DNA of 64,000 nucleotides from Phycisphaerales bacterium (GTDB taxonomy: Bacteria; Planctomycetota; Phycisphaerae; Phycisphaerales; UBA5793). The stretch is from assembly GCA_026647365.1 (NCBI GenBank), contig JAPKGW010000006.1, positions 8,977-72,976 on the forward strand, given 5' to 3'. The notes below the pieces were generated by a model. It was not told the origin of the DNA. It ran no database searches and saw only the letters and a program-made list of their open reading frames with translations. Below are positions 41,738 through 52,749 of the stretch, piece after piece; the first letter of the stretch is position 1, and every line of letters starts with the position of its first letter. The position numbers and the translations under genes are program-made.

Positions 41738-44700
41738 ATGCGACTGGCCCGACTCAGAGTCCACGGCTTCAAGTCCTTTGCCGACCCGACCGAGTTCCGC
41801 TTTAACGACCCGATTACCTGCATCGTCGGGCCCAACGGCTGCGGCAAGTCCAACGTCGTCGACGCCATCAAGTGGGTCCTCGGCGAGCGATCTGCCAGGA
41901 GCCTCCGCGGCGAGCAGATGATGGATGTCATCTTTGCCGGCACGACCAGCCGCCAACCCATGAACATGGCCGAAGTCGTGCTCACCTTTGAGAACCCGCT
42001 TCTTGACGCGGCGACGGGAAAGCGCGAACTGCCCGTCAAGAGTGAACTCGTCGACGTCGGCCGGCGGCTGTACCGCGACGGAACCAGCGAATACCTCATC
42101 AACAGCGCGAGGGCGCGCCTCAAGGATGTGCGCGACCTGTTCCTTGACACCGGCATCGGCGCCGATGCCTACTCGATCATCGAGCAGGGCAAAGTCGATG
42201 CGATGCTCACGAGCAATCCTGTCGAGCGGCGCGCGATCTTCGAGGAAGCCGCGGGGGTCGCCAAGTTCAAGGTGCGGCGCATTGAGGCCATGCGCCGCCT
42301 CGAACGCACGGAGATCAACCTCGCCCGCTGCCGTGAGCAGCTCGACAACGCCGAGAGGCGGCTGCGGATCGTCAAGGGACAGGCCGCCAAGGCGCGGACC
42401 TTCAAGGGACTTGATGACGAGTTGCGGGCGCTTCGCACCGCCCATCTCCTCGACCTTTACCACGAACTGCACGAGACGATTGACGGGCTGACCTCGGAAC
42501 TCTCCCGCCTCGACGCCGACCGCGCCGGCGTGATGCAGCGCGTGCAGGAACTCGAAGAAGCGAGGCAGGACGCGAACATTGACCGCGACCGCCTCCAGAA
42601 GCGCTGCACCGAGATCGAGCAGGACCGATTGCAGTTGCAGGCCAGGCGCGATCAGGCGCAGCAGCGGCGTACGATGACGATCGCCAGCCGCGACGAAGCG
42701 CAGCAGGAGATCGCGGCCGAGCAGCGGCGGCTGGGCGAACTCGACGATCGTATCGGGAACCTGCGCGCAGGCGTCATCGAGCACGAGCGATCGCACGAAG
42801 GGCTGGCGCAGGCGCGGAGCGACGCGGAGCGCGCGGTCGAAGCGGCGCTCGCGCGGCGGGCCGAGGCAGATGCCGCGGTCAACCGGCTCAACCGCCTCAT
42901 CAGCGAGGCTCAGCGGGCTCTGGCGGGCATCGAACGCGAAGTCGTCTCGCATTCCGCGTCAATCGAAGCGATCGATCTTCGCCTCGGCGAACTCGACGGC
43001 CAGACGGCGCAGATCGAGGCGCGTCGCGGCGAGATCGAGTCGCGGTTGGCCGCGCTGGCCGGGCAGGGCGAATCGGCGGCGCAGAAGGCCGTCGAGGCTG
43101 AAGCGCAGATCGCGCATCTTCAATCACAGCAGGCTGAGCACGAGCAGCACGCCGCGACGCTCAGCGGCCGCCAGCGGGCAATCAGCGGGACGCTCGGCCT
43201 GCTTGAGCAGGAGCGAGCGGGCCTCGACGCGCGGCGCCGGACGCTCAAGGAAATGCTCGAAAGCGGCACGGAACTCGGCGAGGCCGTCCGCCACGTCCTG
43301 CGCCAGCGGCACGAGGGCACGCGCTTCGCCTTTGTGCGCGGCCTGCTCGCGGATGGAATCGAGACGGACGTCGAGAATGCCGCAGCCGTCGAGGCGGCGC
43401 TCGGGCCGCTGCTTCAGGCAATGGTGGTCGAGCACCCCGCGGATGTGATCGATGCACAGACCGATCTCGAAGCGCTCAGCGGCCGGATCACCTTCCTGCC
43501 CCTGCGGGCGGCGGGTGGCGACGTGGATGCACGGACCTCCTGGCACGAGTTGATTCCAGGCGCTCGCCCGCTTCTCTCGCTGGTGCGCGTCCCTGAAGAG
43601 TGGCGCGAACTGGCGAGCCGCTTGTTCCAGAAGACAATGCTTGTAGAGACGCTCGACCAGGCCCTGCTGCTCGGCGCCGGACCGCTGCGCGGGTGCCGGT
43701 TCGTTACCGTCTCGGGGACCGTCCTCGAGGCCGACGGGCGCATCGTCGCCGGGCCCAACTCGGCCGAGGGAACGGGCGCGGGCCTGATCGTTCACCGCGT
43801 CGAGATGAACAGCCTCGCCGGGCAGGTCGAAGCACTGACGGGGCGGATCGAGACGCTCCGCGCCGAACTCAAGGCGCTCGATGATGAGGCGGCGGCGCTC
43901 GATCAACGCCGCTCTGAACTCGATCATCGCCTCTTTGAGACGCGACACCATCGCGACAAGACCATTCACGAGATCGAACGCCTCGATGCCGAACGCCAGC
44001 GGGCACAGCGTGACGGCCAGCGCCTCGAAGAAGAGACGATCGCCGCGCGATCGCGCCGCGATGAACTCGTCGCCGCCCGCACGGGCAGGCAGGAGCATCT
44101 CGATTCGCTCGAACGCCTGCGCATGGAGCAGGCGCAGGCACAGTCGAGCCTCGCGGAGCAACTGTCTTCGGCAGAGGCGGACGCGGCCCGGGCGTCCGAG
44201 GGCGTCACCACCGCGCGCGTTGAAGCAAGCCAGGCGGCCGAGCGGCTCGCCGCATCTGATCGTGAGCGCCGCCAGATTGAGGCCGCAGTCGATGAGCAGC
44301 AGCGGCAGCGCGACGCCCTCGATTCCAGCCTGCGGCAGCGCTGCGCCCGCCTCATCGACTTCGAGCGGATCATCGACGAAGCGGTTTTCGAGGCCGAAGA
44401 GTGTTCCGGCGCGCTCCAGGCGTCGGAAGGCGATCTGGAGCGCCTCGCCGGCGAGCACGCGCAGTGCCAGGCTCGCGTCGTCCAACTCGGCGAGGAACTC
44501 AACGCCGCCCGGCAGCGCCTCGCCATTGTCGAGCGGAACTACCACGCCGTCGAACTGAGCAAGCGCGAAAGCGAAGTCAAGCGCGAGCATCTTGATCAGA
44601 GCGGAGCCGAGGACCTGTCCCTTGACTTGCGCCGCGAGTACGCGCAGTATCGGGAAGTAATCCTCACCGGCGAAGTAGAGCCCGTCGATCGCACGCAGGC

Positions 44701-45493
44701 GGCGGCACGCATCGACGAACTTCGCGGCGCGATCAGGCGCCTGGGCAACGTCAACCTCGACGCGATCGAAGAAGAGAAGGAACTCGTCGGCCGCAACGAG
44801 GATCTCGTGCGCCAGGTCGGCGACCTTGATGCCGCCCGCGAGCAGCTCATCGGCCTCATCGAGGAACTCAACAACCTCAGCCGGGACCGCTTCCGGGAAA
44901 CTTTCGAGACGATCCGGGAGAATTTCGCGGGCACGAACGGGATGTTCCGAAGGGTCTTCGGCGGGGGCAAGGCCGAAGTGCATCTCGTCCCCGACGAGGA
45001 GACGGGCGAAGTGGACTGGCTCGAGTCGGGCATCGAGATTGTCGCCAAGCCGCCCGGCAAGGAACTGCGCTCCATCAAACTCCTCAGCGGCGGGGAGAAG
45101 ACCATGACTTCCGTCGCCCTCGTCATGGCGATCTTCCAGAGCAAGCCCAGCCCCTTCTGCGTGCTCGACGAAGTCGACGCCGCACTCGACGACGCCAACG
45201 TCGAGCGATTCTGCGGCGTGCTGCACACCTTCCTCGACCGCAGCCACTTCGTCATCATCACGCACAACAAGCGCACGATGCAGGCGGCCGACCAGTTGTA
45301 CGGCGTGACGATGCAGGAGCGAGGCGTGTCGCGGCGCGTGGCCGTGCGCTTCGACCAGGTTGGAAACGACGGCCAGATCTCCAAGGACGCCCTCGAAGAA
45401 GCCGAGGCAACCGTCTCCGTGGAGATAAGGCCCGCGCGGCTCGCGGACGCGATGGCGGCGTGGGGCGGCGAGCGAGCCGTCAAGGCCGGTTGA
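41738..45493 (+). CDS. smc: Chromosome partition protein Smc
   Basis: [50 protein letters not shown] (Walker A), long coiled coils, a hinge, [18 protein letters not shown], and [11 protein letters not shown] (Walker B). Confidence 0.96.
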   Translation: MRLARLRVHGFKSFADPTEFRFNDPITCIVGPNGCGKSNVVDAIKWVLGERSARSLRGEQMMDVIFAGTTSRQPMNMAEVVLTFENPLLDAATGKRELPVKSELVDVGRRLYRDGTSEYLINSARARLKDVRDLFLDTGIGADAYSIIEQGKVDAMLTSNPVERRAIFEEAAGVAKFKVRRIEAMRRLERTEINLARCREQLDNAERRLRIVKGQAAKARTFKGLDDELRALRTAHLLDLYHELHETIDGLTSELSRLDADRAGVMQRVQELEEARQDANIDRDRLQKRCTEIEQDRLQLQARRDQAQQRRTMTIASRDEAQQEIAAEQRRLGELDDRIGNLRAGVIEHERSHEGLAQARSDAERAVEAALARRAEADAAVNRLNRLISEAQRALAGIEREVVSHSASIEAIDLRLGELDGQTAQIEARRGEIESRLAALAGQGESAAQKAVEAEAQIAHLQSQQAEHEQHAATLSGRQRAISGTLGLLEQERAGLDARRRTLKEMLESGTELGEAVRHVLRQRHEGTRFAFVRGLLADGIETDVENAAAVEAALGPLLQAMVVEHPADVIDAQTDLEALSGRITFLPLRAAGGDVDARTSWHELIPGARPLLSLVRVPEEWRELASRLFQKTMLVETLDQALLLGAGPLRGCRFVTVSGTVLEADGRIVAGPNSAEGTGAGLIVHRVEMNSLAGQVEALTGRIETLRAELKALDDEAAALDQRRSELDHRLFETRHHRDKTIHEIERLDAERQRAQRDGQRLEEETIAARSRRDELVAARTGRQEHLDSLERLRMEQAQAQSSLAEQLSSAEADAARASEGVTTARVEASQAAERLAASDRERRQIEAAVDEQQRQRDALDSSLRQRCARLIDFERIIDEAVFEAEECSGALQASEGDLERLAGEHAQCQARVVQLGEELNAARQRLAIVERNYHAVELSKRESEVKREHLDQSGAEDLSLDLRREYAQYREVILTGEVEPVDRTQAAARIDELRGAIRRLGNVNLDAIEEEKELVGRNEDLVRQVGDLDAAREQLIGLIEELNNLSRDRFRETFETIRENFAGTNGMFRRVFGGGKAEVHLVPDEETGEVDWLESGIEIVAKPPGKELRSIKLLSGGEKTMTSVALVMAIFQSKPSPFCVLDEVDAALDDANVERFCGVLHTFLDRSHFVIITHNKRTMQAADQLYGVTMQERGVSRRVAVRFDQVGNDGQISKDALEEAEATVSVEIRPARLADAMAAWGGERAVKAG

Positions 45494-45542
45494 CTTGCCC
45501 CGCCGGACGGTCTGCGATACTCCCGTGGCCGAGGACGAGCGT

Positions 45543-46730
45543 ATGACGGGTGCGGAAGTCGCGGGTCGGCCGTCACCCCCTGGCATTCTCTTTACCGCAT
45601 TCGAGCCGAGCGGCGATGCGCATGCCGCGCCGGTTATCGCCGAGTTGCGCCGCCGCCGGCCGGACGTGCCTGTCTGGGCGTGGGGCGGGCCGAAGATGCT
45701 CGCCGCCGGCGCGACCGTCGTCGAGGCGACGGGCGCCGACGCGGTCATGGGCGCCGGATCGCTCAGCAAGGTCCTGCATCATGCACGTATCAACCGGCGC
45801 ATCCGCCTGTGGCTGGCGCACCATCAAGTGGCCGTTCATGTCGCCGTCGACTCGCCGGCGGCGAACTTCCCGATCTGCAGGATCACGCGCGCGGCAGGGC
45901 TGCGCATCGTCCACCTCGTCGCGCCGCAGATCTGGGCCTGGGGTCCGTGGCGCATCGCAAAACTCAGGCGCCTCACCGACCACGTCCTGTGCCTGCTGCC
46001 TTTTGAGGAGGAGTATTTCCGCGGGCGCGGCGTGCCGGCGACCTTCATTGGCCACCCTGTGATGAACGAGGCCCTGCCCCCCCTTCCGCCCCCCCCCGAG
46101 GAGGGAGAGGAAAGCCCTGAGGCTCTGCCCGACGGCCTGCCGCGCGTCGCCCTGCTGCCCGGCTCGCGCCCGGCGGAGATCGCGCGCAACCTGCCCTCGA
46201 TGATTGCCATCGTGGACGGCCTGCGGCGGGAGAAATACCCGGACCTTTCGGCCGTGGTCATCAGCGCCGATCGCAGGGCCGCCGACCTGGCCCGGGCGAG
46301 CATGGCTGCATGGCCGGGCTTTGTCCGCATCGAAATCGATCGGCTTCACGACGCGCTGCGCTGGGCGGATGCGGCCCTGGTGTGCTCGGGTACGGCGACG
46401 CTCAACGTCGTGCGCCACCGCGTGCCGATGGTCGTGATGTTCCGCACCGCCGCGCTGCCGTGGCTGCTGTTCGGCCGATGGGTGCTGCGCTCGCCGAATC
46501 TCGCCCTGCCCAACATCGTCGCGGGCGAGCGCATCGTGCCCGAGTTCATCCCCCACTTCGGCTCCGATGAGCCGATCGCCGCAGCGCTGGACAAGGTGCT
46601 GACGGACGCTCTCGTGCAGGAAGGGCAGCGCATCGCCTTCGCGCGGATCGCCGCCTTGTATGAGAGCCGCCGCCCTGAGCAGACCGCGGCGCGGATCATC
46701 GAGGATTCTCTGCCCAGGGATCCGCGATAA
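45543..46730 (+). CDS. lpxB: Lipid-A-disaccharide synthase
   Basis: ILFTAFEPSGDAHAAPVIAELRRR, VAVDSPAANF, VAPQIWAWGPWR, LLPGSR, ALVCSGTATL. Start at the ATG at 45543 (alternative TTG at 45495). Confidence 0.9.
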   Translation: MTGAEVAGRPSPPGILFTAFEPSGDAHAAPVIAELRRRRPDVPVWAWGGPKMLAAGATVVEATGADAVMGAGSLSKVLHHARINRRIRLWLAHHQVAVHVAVDSPAANFPICRITRAAGLRIVHLVAPQIWAWGPWRIAKLRRLTDHVLCLLPFEEEYFRGRGVPATFIGHPVMNEALPPLPPPPEEGEESPEALPDGLPRVALLPGSRPAEIARNLPSMIAIVDGLRREKYPDLSAVVISADRRAADLARASMAAWPGFVRIEIDRLHDALRWADAALVCSGTATLNVVRHRVPMVVMFRTAALPWLLFGRWVLRSPNLALPNIVAGERIVPEFIPHFGSDEPIAAALDKVLTDALVQEGQRIAFARIAALYESRRPEQTAARIIEDSLPRDPR

Positions 46731-46794
46731 GGCGATTCCCGGCGCGACACGCGGACAGCGGCGACGCGGTGGCGCGGCGAGGATCGCAGAAACG

Positions 46795-46829
46795 GCCGCA
46801 CCCCGCGACAGATGGTCGCGGGGCGCGGC
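46795..46829. terminator. Strong hairpin between convergent lpxB and 46861..47874
   Basis: 15-bp stem gccgcaccccgcgac / gtcgcggggcgcggc with one A-C mismatch and loop agatg. Only weak T tracts (cgtttctgc on the minus strand). Confidence 0.4.
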
Positions 46830-46860
46830 GATCGAGGCGATCAGAGATCGGGTCGCGGCG

Positions 46861-47874
46861 TTACGGAATCTGTGCCACGTTGCTGGTGGTGCAGGGGCTG
46901 GCGTCCACGACGACCAGTTGCAGGTAGCCGCCGCAGGCGCTGGTGCCCGCCAGGCCGTTGACGCTGCCTGACCCGCTGCCCGTGCTGATGGTGTTGACGA
47001 GCCGGAGGTTCTGCGTCCCGAGGCCGAGCGCGGTTCCTGCGCAGGGGCCGCCGGGAACGACGAATGCGCCCTGGTTGCGGGCGAAAACGATTCCCATCGA
47101 ACGATTGGGCGTCGCGTTGCTCCAGGTAATCGTGAGCGTGCCTGGGCAAGGTCCGGTGATCCGCAGTCGGAAACTGCCGGCGGCGCCGAGAACGTAGTTG
47201 AGCGCGTTGGCCATCATCACGCCGCCATCGGTGCTGCTCTCCCAGAAGTCGGCGCGGGAGAGGTTCGAGGGCGGATAGAAGTTCAGGCCGATGATCGCCG
47301 CGGCAAATCCTGGCATCTCAGCGACCAGCGGACGGGCATTGGACCAATCGGCGATGAGGTCGGCGCCGGATGCGACTGTGCCGGTGTTGTGGTAACTCGA
47401 CTGGCCGCCGTTGAAGTTGGTCACGCCCGCCATGACCGGATGGCTTGGATTATGGACGGTGCCGAGTGTCAGGGGAGTTCCCTGCGCCTGCCCGGCGGTG
47501 GTGAACGGGGAGTAACCGCCGGAGAACCAGCGGCCGCCGGGACCGACATTCCATGAGAACGTGGATTGCACCACGCCGCCGCCCGCGTCCACGAAGTCCG
47601 CGAGGGCGTTGCCCCATGCGTTCGGGTCGATCGGCGAACCGTCCGTGAAACTCAGCACCGCGTCATAGCCGGAAAGGCTCGGCGTGCTCGTCCGCAGGTC
47701 GGCCACGGAGAGCGTGTGACCCCCGAGCAGGCCGGTGGCGATGAGCGTGGTGCGCACTTCATTGATCCAGTCCGCATTTGCGGCACCGGCAATCAGGATG
47801 TCGTCCGCGAGCGCCGCTGTCGAGCAGCCGCACGCAGCCGCGATGCAGAGAAGGCCCTTGTTGAACGTTCGCAT
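46861..47874 (-). CDS. Secreted protein D with shared C-terminal Cys domain (...C-T-T-S-N-V-A-Q-I-P end)
   Basis: ATG at 47874 preceded by gaggagagaac. Signal peptide MRTFNKGLLCIAAACGCSTAALA. The N-terminal half looks like a ThuA/GATase1-like alpha/beta fold (weak). The last 99 aa are homologous to the tail of 13138..14151. Confidence 0.88.
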   Translation of the reverse strand: MRTFNKGLLCIAAACGCSTAALADDILIAGAANADWINEVRTTLIATGLLGGHTLSVADLRTSTPSLSGYDAVLSFTDGSPIDPNAWGNALADFVDAGGGVVQSTFSWNVGPGGRWFSGGYSPFTTAGQAQGTPLTLGTVHNPSHPVMAGVTNFNGGQSSYHNTGTVASGADLIADWSNARPLVAEMPGFAAAIIGLNFYPPSNLSRADFWESSTDGGVMMANALNYVLGAAGSFRLRITGPCPGTLTITWSNATPNRSMGIVFARNQGAFVVPGGPCAGTALGLGTQNLRLVNTISTGSGSGSVNGLAGTSACGGYLQLVVVDASPCTTSNVAQIP

Positions 47875-48219
47875 GTTCTCTCCTCACTTGAAGACTGGGT
47901 TCATGTGTTCACCCGCCCGACGACGCTCGCCGGACCAAAGGTTACGACCATGTCCATTCGAGGCGGCCTGACCGCCTTAGCGCCGTGAAGTGGCGCAGCC
48001 ATCTTCGCCAGAGTACATCCGCGACAGGACAACCCTGGCTCGACGAAGCCGGTCCGCGCTTCACCCTCGTCGCCTCATCATACAGCCGGCGACAGGATTT
48101 GCAAGCCCAAGTTGCACCAGAACAGTGCAAAGAGAGGTAATGCCCGCCCCGCAGGTTCGACCGCAGGTGTTGACCTTACGGCTCCCGGCAGCCCGATAAG
48201 ATGGCCCGCTGCATGCTCC

Positions 48220-49626
48220 TCACGCGCCACGGCTGGAGCGGATGCGCTCGCCGCTGCCTCCGCCGCCGAGGAATCCCGCGTAGTTGCGCATGAGCAGGTT
48301 CGCCTCAATGCGCTGCACGAAGTCCAGGCCGACGCTGACGACGATGAGCAGACCCGTCCCGCCCAGGAAACTTGACACGGTAAACGGAATGTCGAGCGCG
48401 CGAGCCACAACGGTGGGGATGACCGCGATGATTGCAAGGAAGCCGGCGCCGACGTACGTCACCCGCTCCAGCACCGTTTCAAGGTACTCCGCGGTGCGCG
48501 GGCCGGGACGCAGGCCGGGGATGAACGAACCATGGTTGCGCAACTGCTCGGACATTTCCTTGGGATTGAACTGCACCGTCGTCCAGAAGTAACTGAAGAA
48601 GTAGATGAGGAGGATCTCGAGGACGACGTAGGGGTAGTTGCCCATGGACATCGAGCGGCCGAGGAAGTCGGTGAAGGTGCCCCACCACTTGACTTCGCTT
48701 CCGGAACTCACGCCTGCAAGGCTGGCCAGTCCGACTGAGGGGAAGATCATCAGTGACTGCGCGAAGATGATGGGCATGACGCCGCCGTGGTTGATGCGCA
48801 GAGGGAGGAAGGCTTTCTGCCCGCCGTAGACTTTTCGGCCACGGGTGTGCTTGGCCTGCTGGATGGGAATGCGGCGCTGGGCGACGGTGATCACGATCGC
48901 CCCGGCAGTGACGGCGACGAAGGAGCAGATGAGGAAGATGACCGACAGCGGGCCGTACTTCGCGTTGCTCGTGGCGTCGAGGCTGAAGTCGCTGACAACG
49001 AGATTGACGGCGGTGGGCATGCGTGCGAGGATGCCGGCGGTGATGATGAGCGAAACGCCGTTGCCCAGCCCGTACTTGTCGATCTGCTCACCCAGCCACA
49101 TGAGAAACGTCGTGCCCGCCACGAGCGCCAGCACGCCCTGGATGCGGAACGACCACAGCAGCGCGGTGTTGTCCGCGATTGCCGGGTAGATCATGTGCTG
49201 CGACTGCATGTAGGTGAGCCAGCCGAAGCCCTGGAGGATGCACAGGCCGATGGTGGCGTAGCGCGTCCACTCCTGTATCTTCTGGCGTCCCGTCGGGCCT
49301 TCCTTCTGGAGCTTCTTGAGCGGCTCCCAGGCGGAGGCGAGGAGTTGGAAGATGATGGCGGCGGAGATGTAGGGCATGACGCCCAGGCCGAAGATCGTGG
49401 ACTGCCCGAGGTCGCCGCCGGTGAACGTGGAAATGTAGAGCGCGAGTTTGCCCGCGGGACCGGTGTCCGAGCCCTGCGTCTGGAAATACTCCGCCAGTTT
49501 CGACTGGTCCACGCCCGACAGGGGAATCCAGAACCCCACCCGGTAGATCGCGAGCATCGCGATCGTGAAGAGCAGTTTGTTCCTCAGTTCGGGAATGCGG
49601 AAGACATTGAGGAAGGCCTGGAGCAT
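48220..49626 (-). CDS. secY: Preprotein translocase subunit SecY
   Basis: MLQAFLNVFRIPELRNKLLFT..., 10 TM pattern, GVMPYISA, NHGGVMPIIFAQS. ATG at 49626 (ORF track TTG at 49635). Confidence 0.95.
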   Translation of the reverse strand: MLQAFLNVFRIPELRNKLLFTIAMLAIYRVGFWIPLSGVDQSKLAEYFQTQGSDTGPAGKLALYISTFTGGDLGQSTIFGLGVMPYISAAIIFQLLASAWEPLKKLQKEGPTGRQKIQEWTRYATIGLCILQGFGWLTYMQSQHMIYPAIADNTALLWSFRIQGVLALVAGTTFLMWLGEQIDKYGLGNGVSLIITAGILARMPTAVNLVVSDFSLDATSNAKYGPLSVIFLICSFVAVTAGAIVITVAQRRIPIQQAKHTRGRKVYGGQKAFLPLRINHGGVMPIIFAQSLMIFPSVGLASLAGVSSGSEVKWWGTFTDFLGRSMSMGNYPYVVLEILLIYFFSYFWTTVQFNPKEMSEQLRNHGSFIPGLRPGPRTAEYLETVLERVTYVGAGFLAIIAVIPTVVARALDIPFTVSSFLGGTGLLIVVSVGLDFVQRIEANLLMRNYAGFLGGGGSGERIRSSRGA

Positions 49627-49719
49627 GGTGTGCAAACCGATCTGGGAATGAAGCAGAGGCGAAGATGCCGGCAGCCCCGCCTGATCGAAGGGCGTCGCCG
49701 CTCATGGTCGATCCATCAA

Positions 49720-50214
49720 TCAGGCGGAGGTTTTTTTCGCGGTCGCCGGCCGCGTCCACGCGGCGGGCATGTACACCTCGATCGTCCCTCCGGCTTTCTC
49801 AATCTTTTCGCGCGCGGCCTGCGAGACCTTTCCGGCGGAGACCTTGAGGCGCCGGCTCAGCTCACCGCAGCCGAGCACCTTGACGGGAAGCGTTTCGTCG
49901 CGCACCAGGCCCTTGGCAATGAGGGACTGGGCGTTGACCGCCTCGCCGTCGGCGAAATGTTTCTCGAGGTCGCGCACGTTGATGACGTGGAACCGCGTGG
50001 CGAAGACCTTATTGGAGAATCCTCGCTTGGGGATTCGCCGGAAGTAGGCGAGTTGGCCGCCCTCGCGGGCGAGTTTCTCGCTCCAGCCGCTGCGCGACTT
50101 CGCGCCCTTGTGTCCCCGCCCGGAGGTCTTGCCGAGGCCGGAGCCGCGGCCGCGACCGACTCGCTTGCGGTCCTTATGTCGTTCGACGAGGCTTGTGATC
50201 TCATGGATCATCAT
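49720..50214 (-). CDS. rplO: 50S ribosomal protein L15
   Basis: RKRVGRGRGSGLGKTSGRGHKG motif. Positioned before secY. Confidence 0.93.
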   Translation of the reverse strand: MMIHEITSLVERHKDRKRVGRGRGSGLGKTSGRGHKGAKSRSGWSEKLAREGGQLAYFRRIPKRGFSNKVFATRFHVINVRDLEKHFADGEAVNAQSLIAKGLVRDETLPVKVLGCGELSRRLKVSAGKVSQAAREKIEKAGGTIEVYMPAAWTRPATAKKTSA

Positions 50215-50294
50215 TGTGGCAACTCACTTTCGACGGGGCGGATTTCAGCAATGCGGCCCCGAAACAACTTCAGTTCTTTCGCGCGCCCGAGGCC

Positions 50295-50972
50295 TCACTC
50301 AGGCGCGGAGGCGGCGTCGGCGCCTGCGGTTTCACTCTCGCCGGCTCCGCCGCGGCGCGGTCGACGTCCTCCGCCGCGGCGCCCGCCCCGTCCGCCGCCG
50401 GCCTGCTTCTCTTCGCGCTTGGGCTCCGGCTTTCGCACGTACTCGACTTCGGGCGCGTTTGCGGTGAACTCCTCGACGTGCGTCGTCTCGATCGAAACGC
50501 CGCGCAGCGCCTCGACCTGACTCTTGGAGCGGAGTTGCTTGAGTCCCTCCAGAGTGGCCTTGACGAGGTTCTTCTTGTTCGTCGAGCCGTAGCACTTGGT
50601 CAGGCAGTCGCGCACGCCCGCGAGTTCGAGGACGGCACGGACGGTTCCGCCCGCGACGACGCCCGTGCCTGGACTGGCGGGGAGCAACCGCACCTCGCTG
50701 GCGCCGAAGCGCCCGAGGACGGAGTGAGGAATGGTGCCCTTGATCAGCCTGACGTCAATGAGGCCGCGCCGTGCGTCCTTCTCGGCCTTTTCGATCGCGG
50801 GGGGCACTTCCTTGCCCTTGGCATAACCGAAACCGACTCGGCCGCGCCGGTCTCCGACAACGACGAGCGCGCCGAAACTGAAGCGTCGGCCTCCCTTGAC
50901 GGTCGCGGCCGTGCGGAACACGCCGACCGTGCTCGACTCAAAGCCCTGTGATTCGCTGGATTCGTCGATCAT
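50295..50972 (-). CDS. rpsE: 30S ribosomal protein S5 with Arg/Gly-rich C-terminal extension
   Basis: [41 protein letters not shown]. The tail reads [18 protein letters not shown]. 225 aa, against my recollection of a typical ~165 aa. Confidence 0.93.
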   Translation of the reverse strand: MIDESSESQGFESSTVGVFRTAATVKGGRRFSFGALVVVGDRRGRVGFGYAKGKEVPPAIEKAEKDARRGLIDVRLIKGTIPHSVLGRFGASEVRLLPASPGTGVVAGGTVRAVLELAGVRDCLTKCYGSTNKKNLVKATLEGLKQLRSKSQVEALRGVSIETTHVEEFTANAPEVEYVRKPEPKREEKQAGGGRGGRRGGGRRPRRGGAGESETAGADAASAPE

Positions 50973-51032
50973 GTTCCTGTATCCGATTCTCAGTGTGCCG
51001 CCGTTGCAGGCCTGACGGGTGCGGTTGAATGT

Positions 51033-51395
51033 TCAGAACTGGAGTCCGCCTTCGCGCGCGGCGTCGGCCATCGCCTTGACTCGGCCGTGATAACGAAGCC
51101 CGTTGCGGTCGAACTGGACCCGGGTGACGCCGGCCTCGACGGCACGCCGGGCGAGCAACTTGCCGACTTCCGAAGCGGCCGCGCGGTTGCATCGAGACTG
51201 GCCCGCGAAGTCGGCGTCGCGCGAACTCGCGGCCGCGAGCGTCCGCCCCGCGACGTCGTCGATCACTTGCGCGTAGATGTACTTGAGCGAGCGATAGATG
51301 GACAGGCGCGGACGCTGCGGCGTGCCGAAGATCCGGCGGCGCAGACCCCGCTTGCGGCGCGTCCGACGAAGCACTCTCTCTGATGTTCGACTCAT
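51033..51395 (-). CDS. rplR: 50S ribosomal protein L18
   Basis: [20 protein letters not shown]...[23 protein letters not shown]. Confidence 0.94.
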   Translation of the reverse strand: MSRTSERVLRRTRRKRGLRRRIFGTPQRPRLSIYRSLKYIYAQVIDDVAGRTLAAASSRDADFAGQSRCNRAAASEVGKLLARRAVEAGVTRVQFDRNGLRYHGRVKAMADAAREGGLQF

Positions 51396-51450
51396 GTCCC
51401 ATTCCTCCCGGGCCGCGGCCCGAGTCAGTCTTCTTCACGGCGCCGAGGCC

Positions 51451-52005
51451 TCAGCGGCCGACGACCGTCTTGCCTTCCTTGCGGATAATCTGTTCGTTGG
51501 CGTACTTCACTCCCTTGCCGTTGTAAGGCTCGGGCTTGCGCTGAGCACGAATCGTGGCGGCGAACTGTCCCACGACCTGCTTGTCGGCCGAGGAGAGCGT
51601 GATGAACTGCCTCTCGACCGCGACCTTGACGCCGGGCGGAACGGGCAACTCGACGGGCTTCGAGTAGCCGAGGTTCATCACCAGCTTGTTGCCCTGGAGC
51701 GAGGCGTTCCAGCCTACGCCGACGACTTCAAGTTTCTTCTCGTAACCTTTCGTCACGCCGCTGACCATGTTCTGGATGAGCGATCGCGTGGTGCCCCAAT
51801 AGGCGTTGCACGCCTGGTCCTCCGCCCTCGACTCGGGAAGAGTGCAGACGATCTCGCGCTTCTCGGCATTCCACCGGACCTCGATCTCCGGCCGATGCGT
51901 GAACTGGAGTTTGTTGGCGCCCTTCTCGATGGCGACGTGGCGATCGCTGATGGCGACATTCACGCCGGCGGGCACGGCAACAGGCTTCTTTCCGACTCGA
52001 GACAT
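51451..52005 (-). CDS. rplF: 50S ribosomal protein L6
   Basis: ATG at 52005 gives MSRVGKKPVAVPAGVNV. EPYNGKGVKYANE lies near the C-terminus. Confidence 0.94.
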   Translation of the reverse strand: MSRVGKKPVAVPAGVNVAISDRHVAIEKGANKLQFTHRPEIEVRWNAEKREIVCTLPESRAEDQACNAYWGTTRSLIQNMVSGVTKGYEKKLEVVGVGWNASLQGNKLVMNLGYSKPVELPVPPGVKVAVERQFITLSSADKQVVGQFAATIRAQRKPEPYNGKGVKYANEQIIRKEGKTVVGR

Positions 52006-52034
52006 GACGCTTGCTCCTGCGAGGTCTGCGGCGG

Positions 52035-52433
52035 TCAATCGACCGTGGCCAGCAACTCGCCCCCGACCTTGAATTCGCGGCACTTGCGATCACTGAGCAC
52101 GCCCCGGCTGGTGGAGACGATGGCAATGCCCAGCCCATCGAGGGGCCGCTTGAGACTCTGGACACCGGTGTAGACGCGCTTTCCAGGCTTGCTCTCCCGC
52201 CGGAGCGTGTGCAGGACGGTCTCCCCCCTCGGGCCGTACTTGAGGTGGACGCGGATCAGTCCGCCGAGGCCGTTGTCGATCACGTCGTATCCCGCGATGT
52301 AGCCTTCCTCGCGCAGGACGTCGCAGACGCCTCTGCAGACGCGGCTGTTCACGCAGTTGACCGTGGTCGCGCGGTTCTGCAGCGCGTTGCGGATGCGGGT
52401 GAGCATGTCGGAAATCGGGTCGTTGAATGACAT
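52035..52433 (-). CDS. rpsH: 30S ribosomal protein S8
   Basis: MSFNDPISDMLTRIRNA.... Confidence 0.95.
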   Translation of the reverse strand: MSFNDPISDMLTRIRNALQNRATTVNCVNSRVCRGVCDVLREEGYIAGYDVIDNGLGGLIRVHLKYGPRGETVLHTLRRESKPGKRVYTGVQSLKRPLDGLGIAIVSTSRGVLSDRKCREFKVGGELLATVD

Positions 52434-52516
52434 CAGTCAAACCCTCGTCTTCGTTCCTGTGAGGCGGCCGGCCCGGCGTGGTTGCAAGGCAGGGAGGCAC
52501 GCCTGTTCATGGCGTT

Positions 52517-52702
52517 CTACCAACTCGACTTTCGCATTCCGGGAATCAGCCCCTGGTGGGCGAGTTCGCGCAGCATGATGCGGCTGATGCGGAACTTTCG
52601 GTAAACGCCCCGGGCGCGGCCGGTGATCTCGCACCGGCGCACCTTGCGCGTCGAGAACTTCGGCGGTCTCTTCATACGGGCCATCTGTGCCTTTGTCGCC
52701 AT
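52517..52702 (-). CDS. rpsN: 30S ribosomal protein S14, short (61 aa) form with only one Cys
   Basis: [61 protein letters not shown]. Colinear with type-Z S14, but 3 of the 4 Zn-ligand Cys are replaced. Confidence 0.93.
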   Translation of the reverse strand: MATKAQMARMKRPPKFSTRKVRRCEITGRARGVYRKFRISRIMLRELAHQGLIPGMRKSSW

Positions 52703-52749
52703 CGGGTCTTTCCTTCGCGGCCGGGCCGCGCCTGATCGTGTACCTGTCC

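Noticed and set aside
40469-42952. 827-aa ORF that would be a very large methyltransferase-containing protein.
   Set aside because: Only the last 293 codons (from the ATG at 41350) look like a methyltransferase. The upstream 530 codons are antisense to smc and its upstream region and have junk composition.
43124-45769. 881-aa minus-strand ORF, with similar giant ORFs at 21154..22938, 37848..39059, 45573..46556 and 48787..50520.
   Set aside because: They lie exactly antisense to strongly recognisable genes (smc, pfk/TPR, pilM, lpxB, secY/rplO). Their composition is R/A/G/P/D-rich and not protein-like. These are classic stop-codon-poor mirror frames of high-GC DNA.
48140-48175. tRNA-like GGTTCGACC string downstream of secY.
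   Set aside because: The flanking cgcagg...cgcagg is a direct repeat, not an inverted one. No T-stem, acceptor stem or anticodon arm can be drawn.
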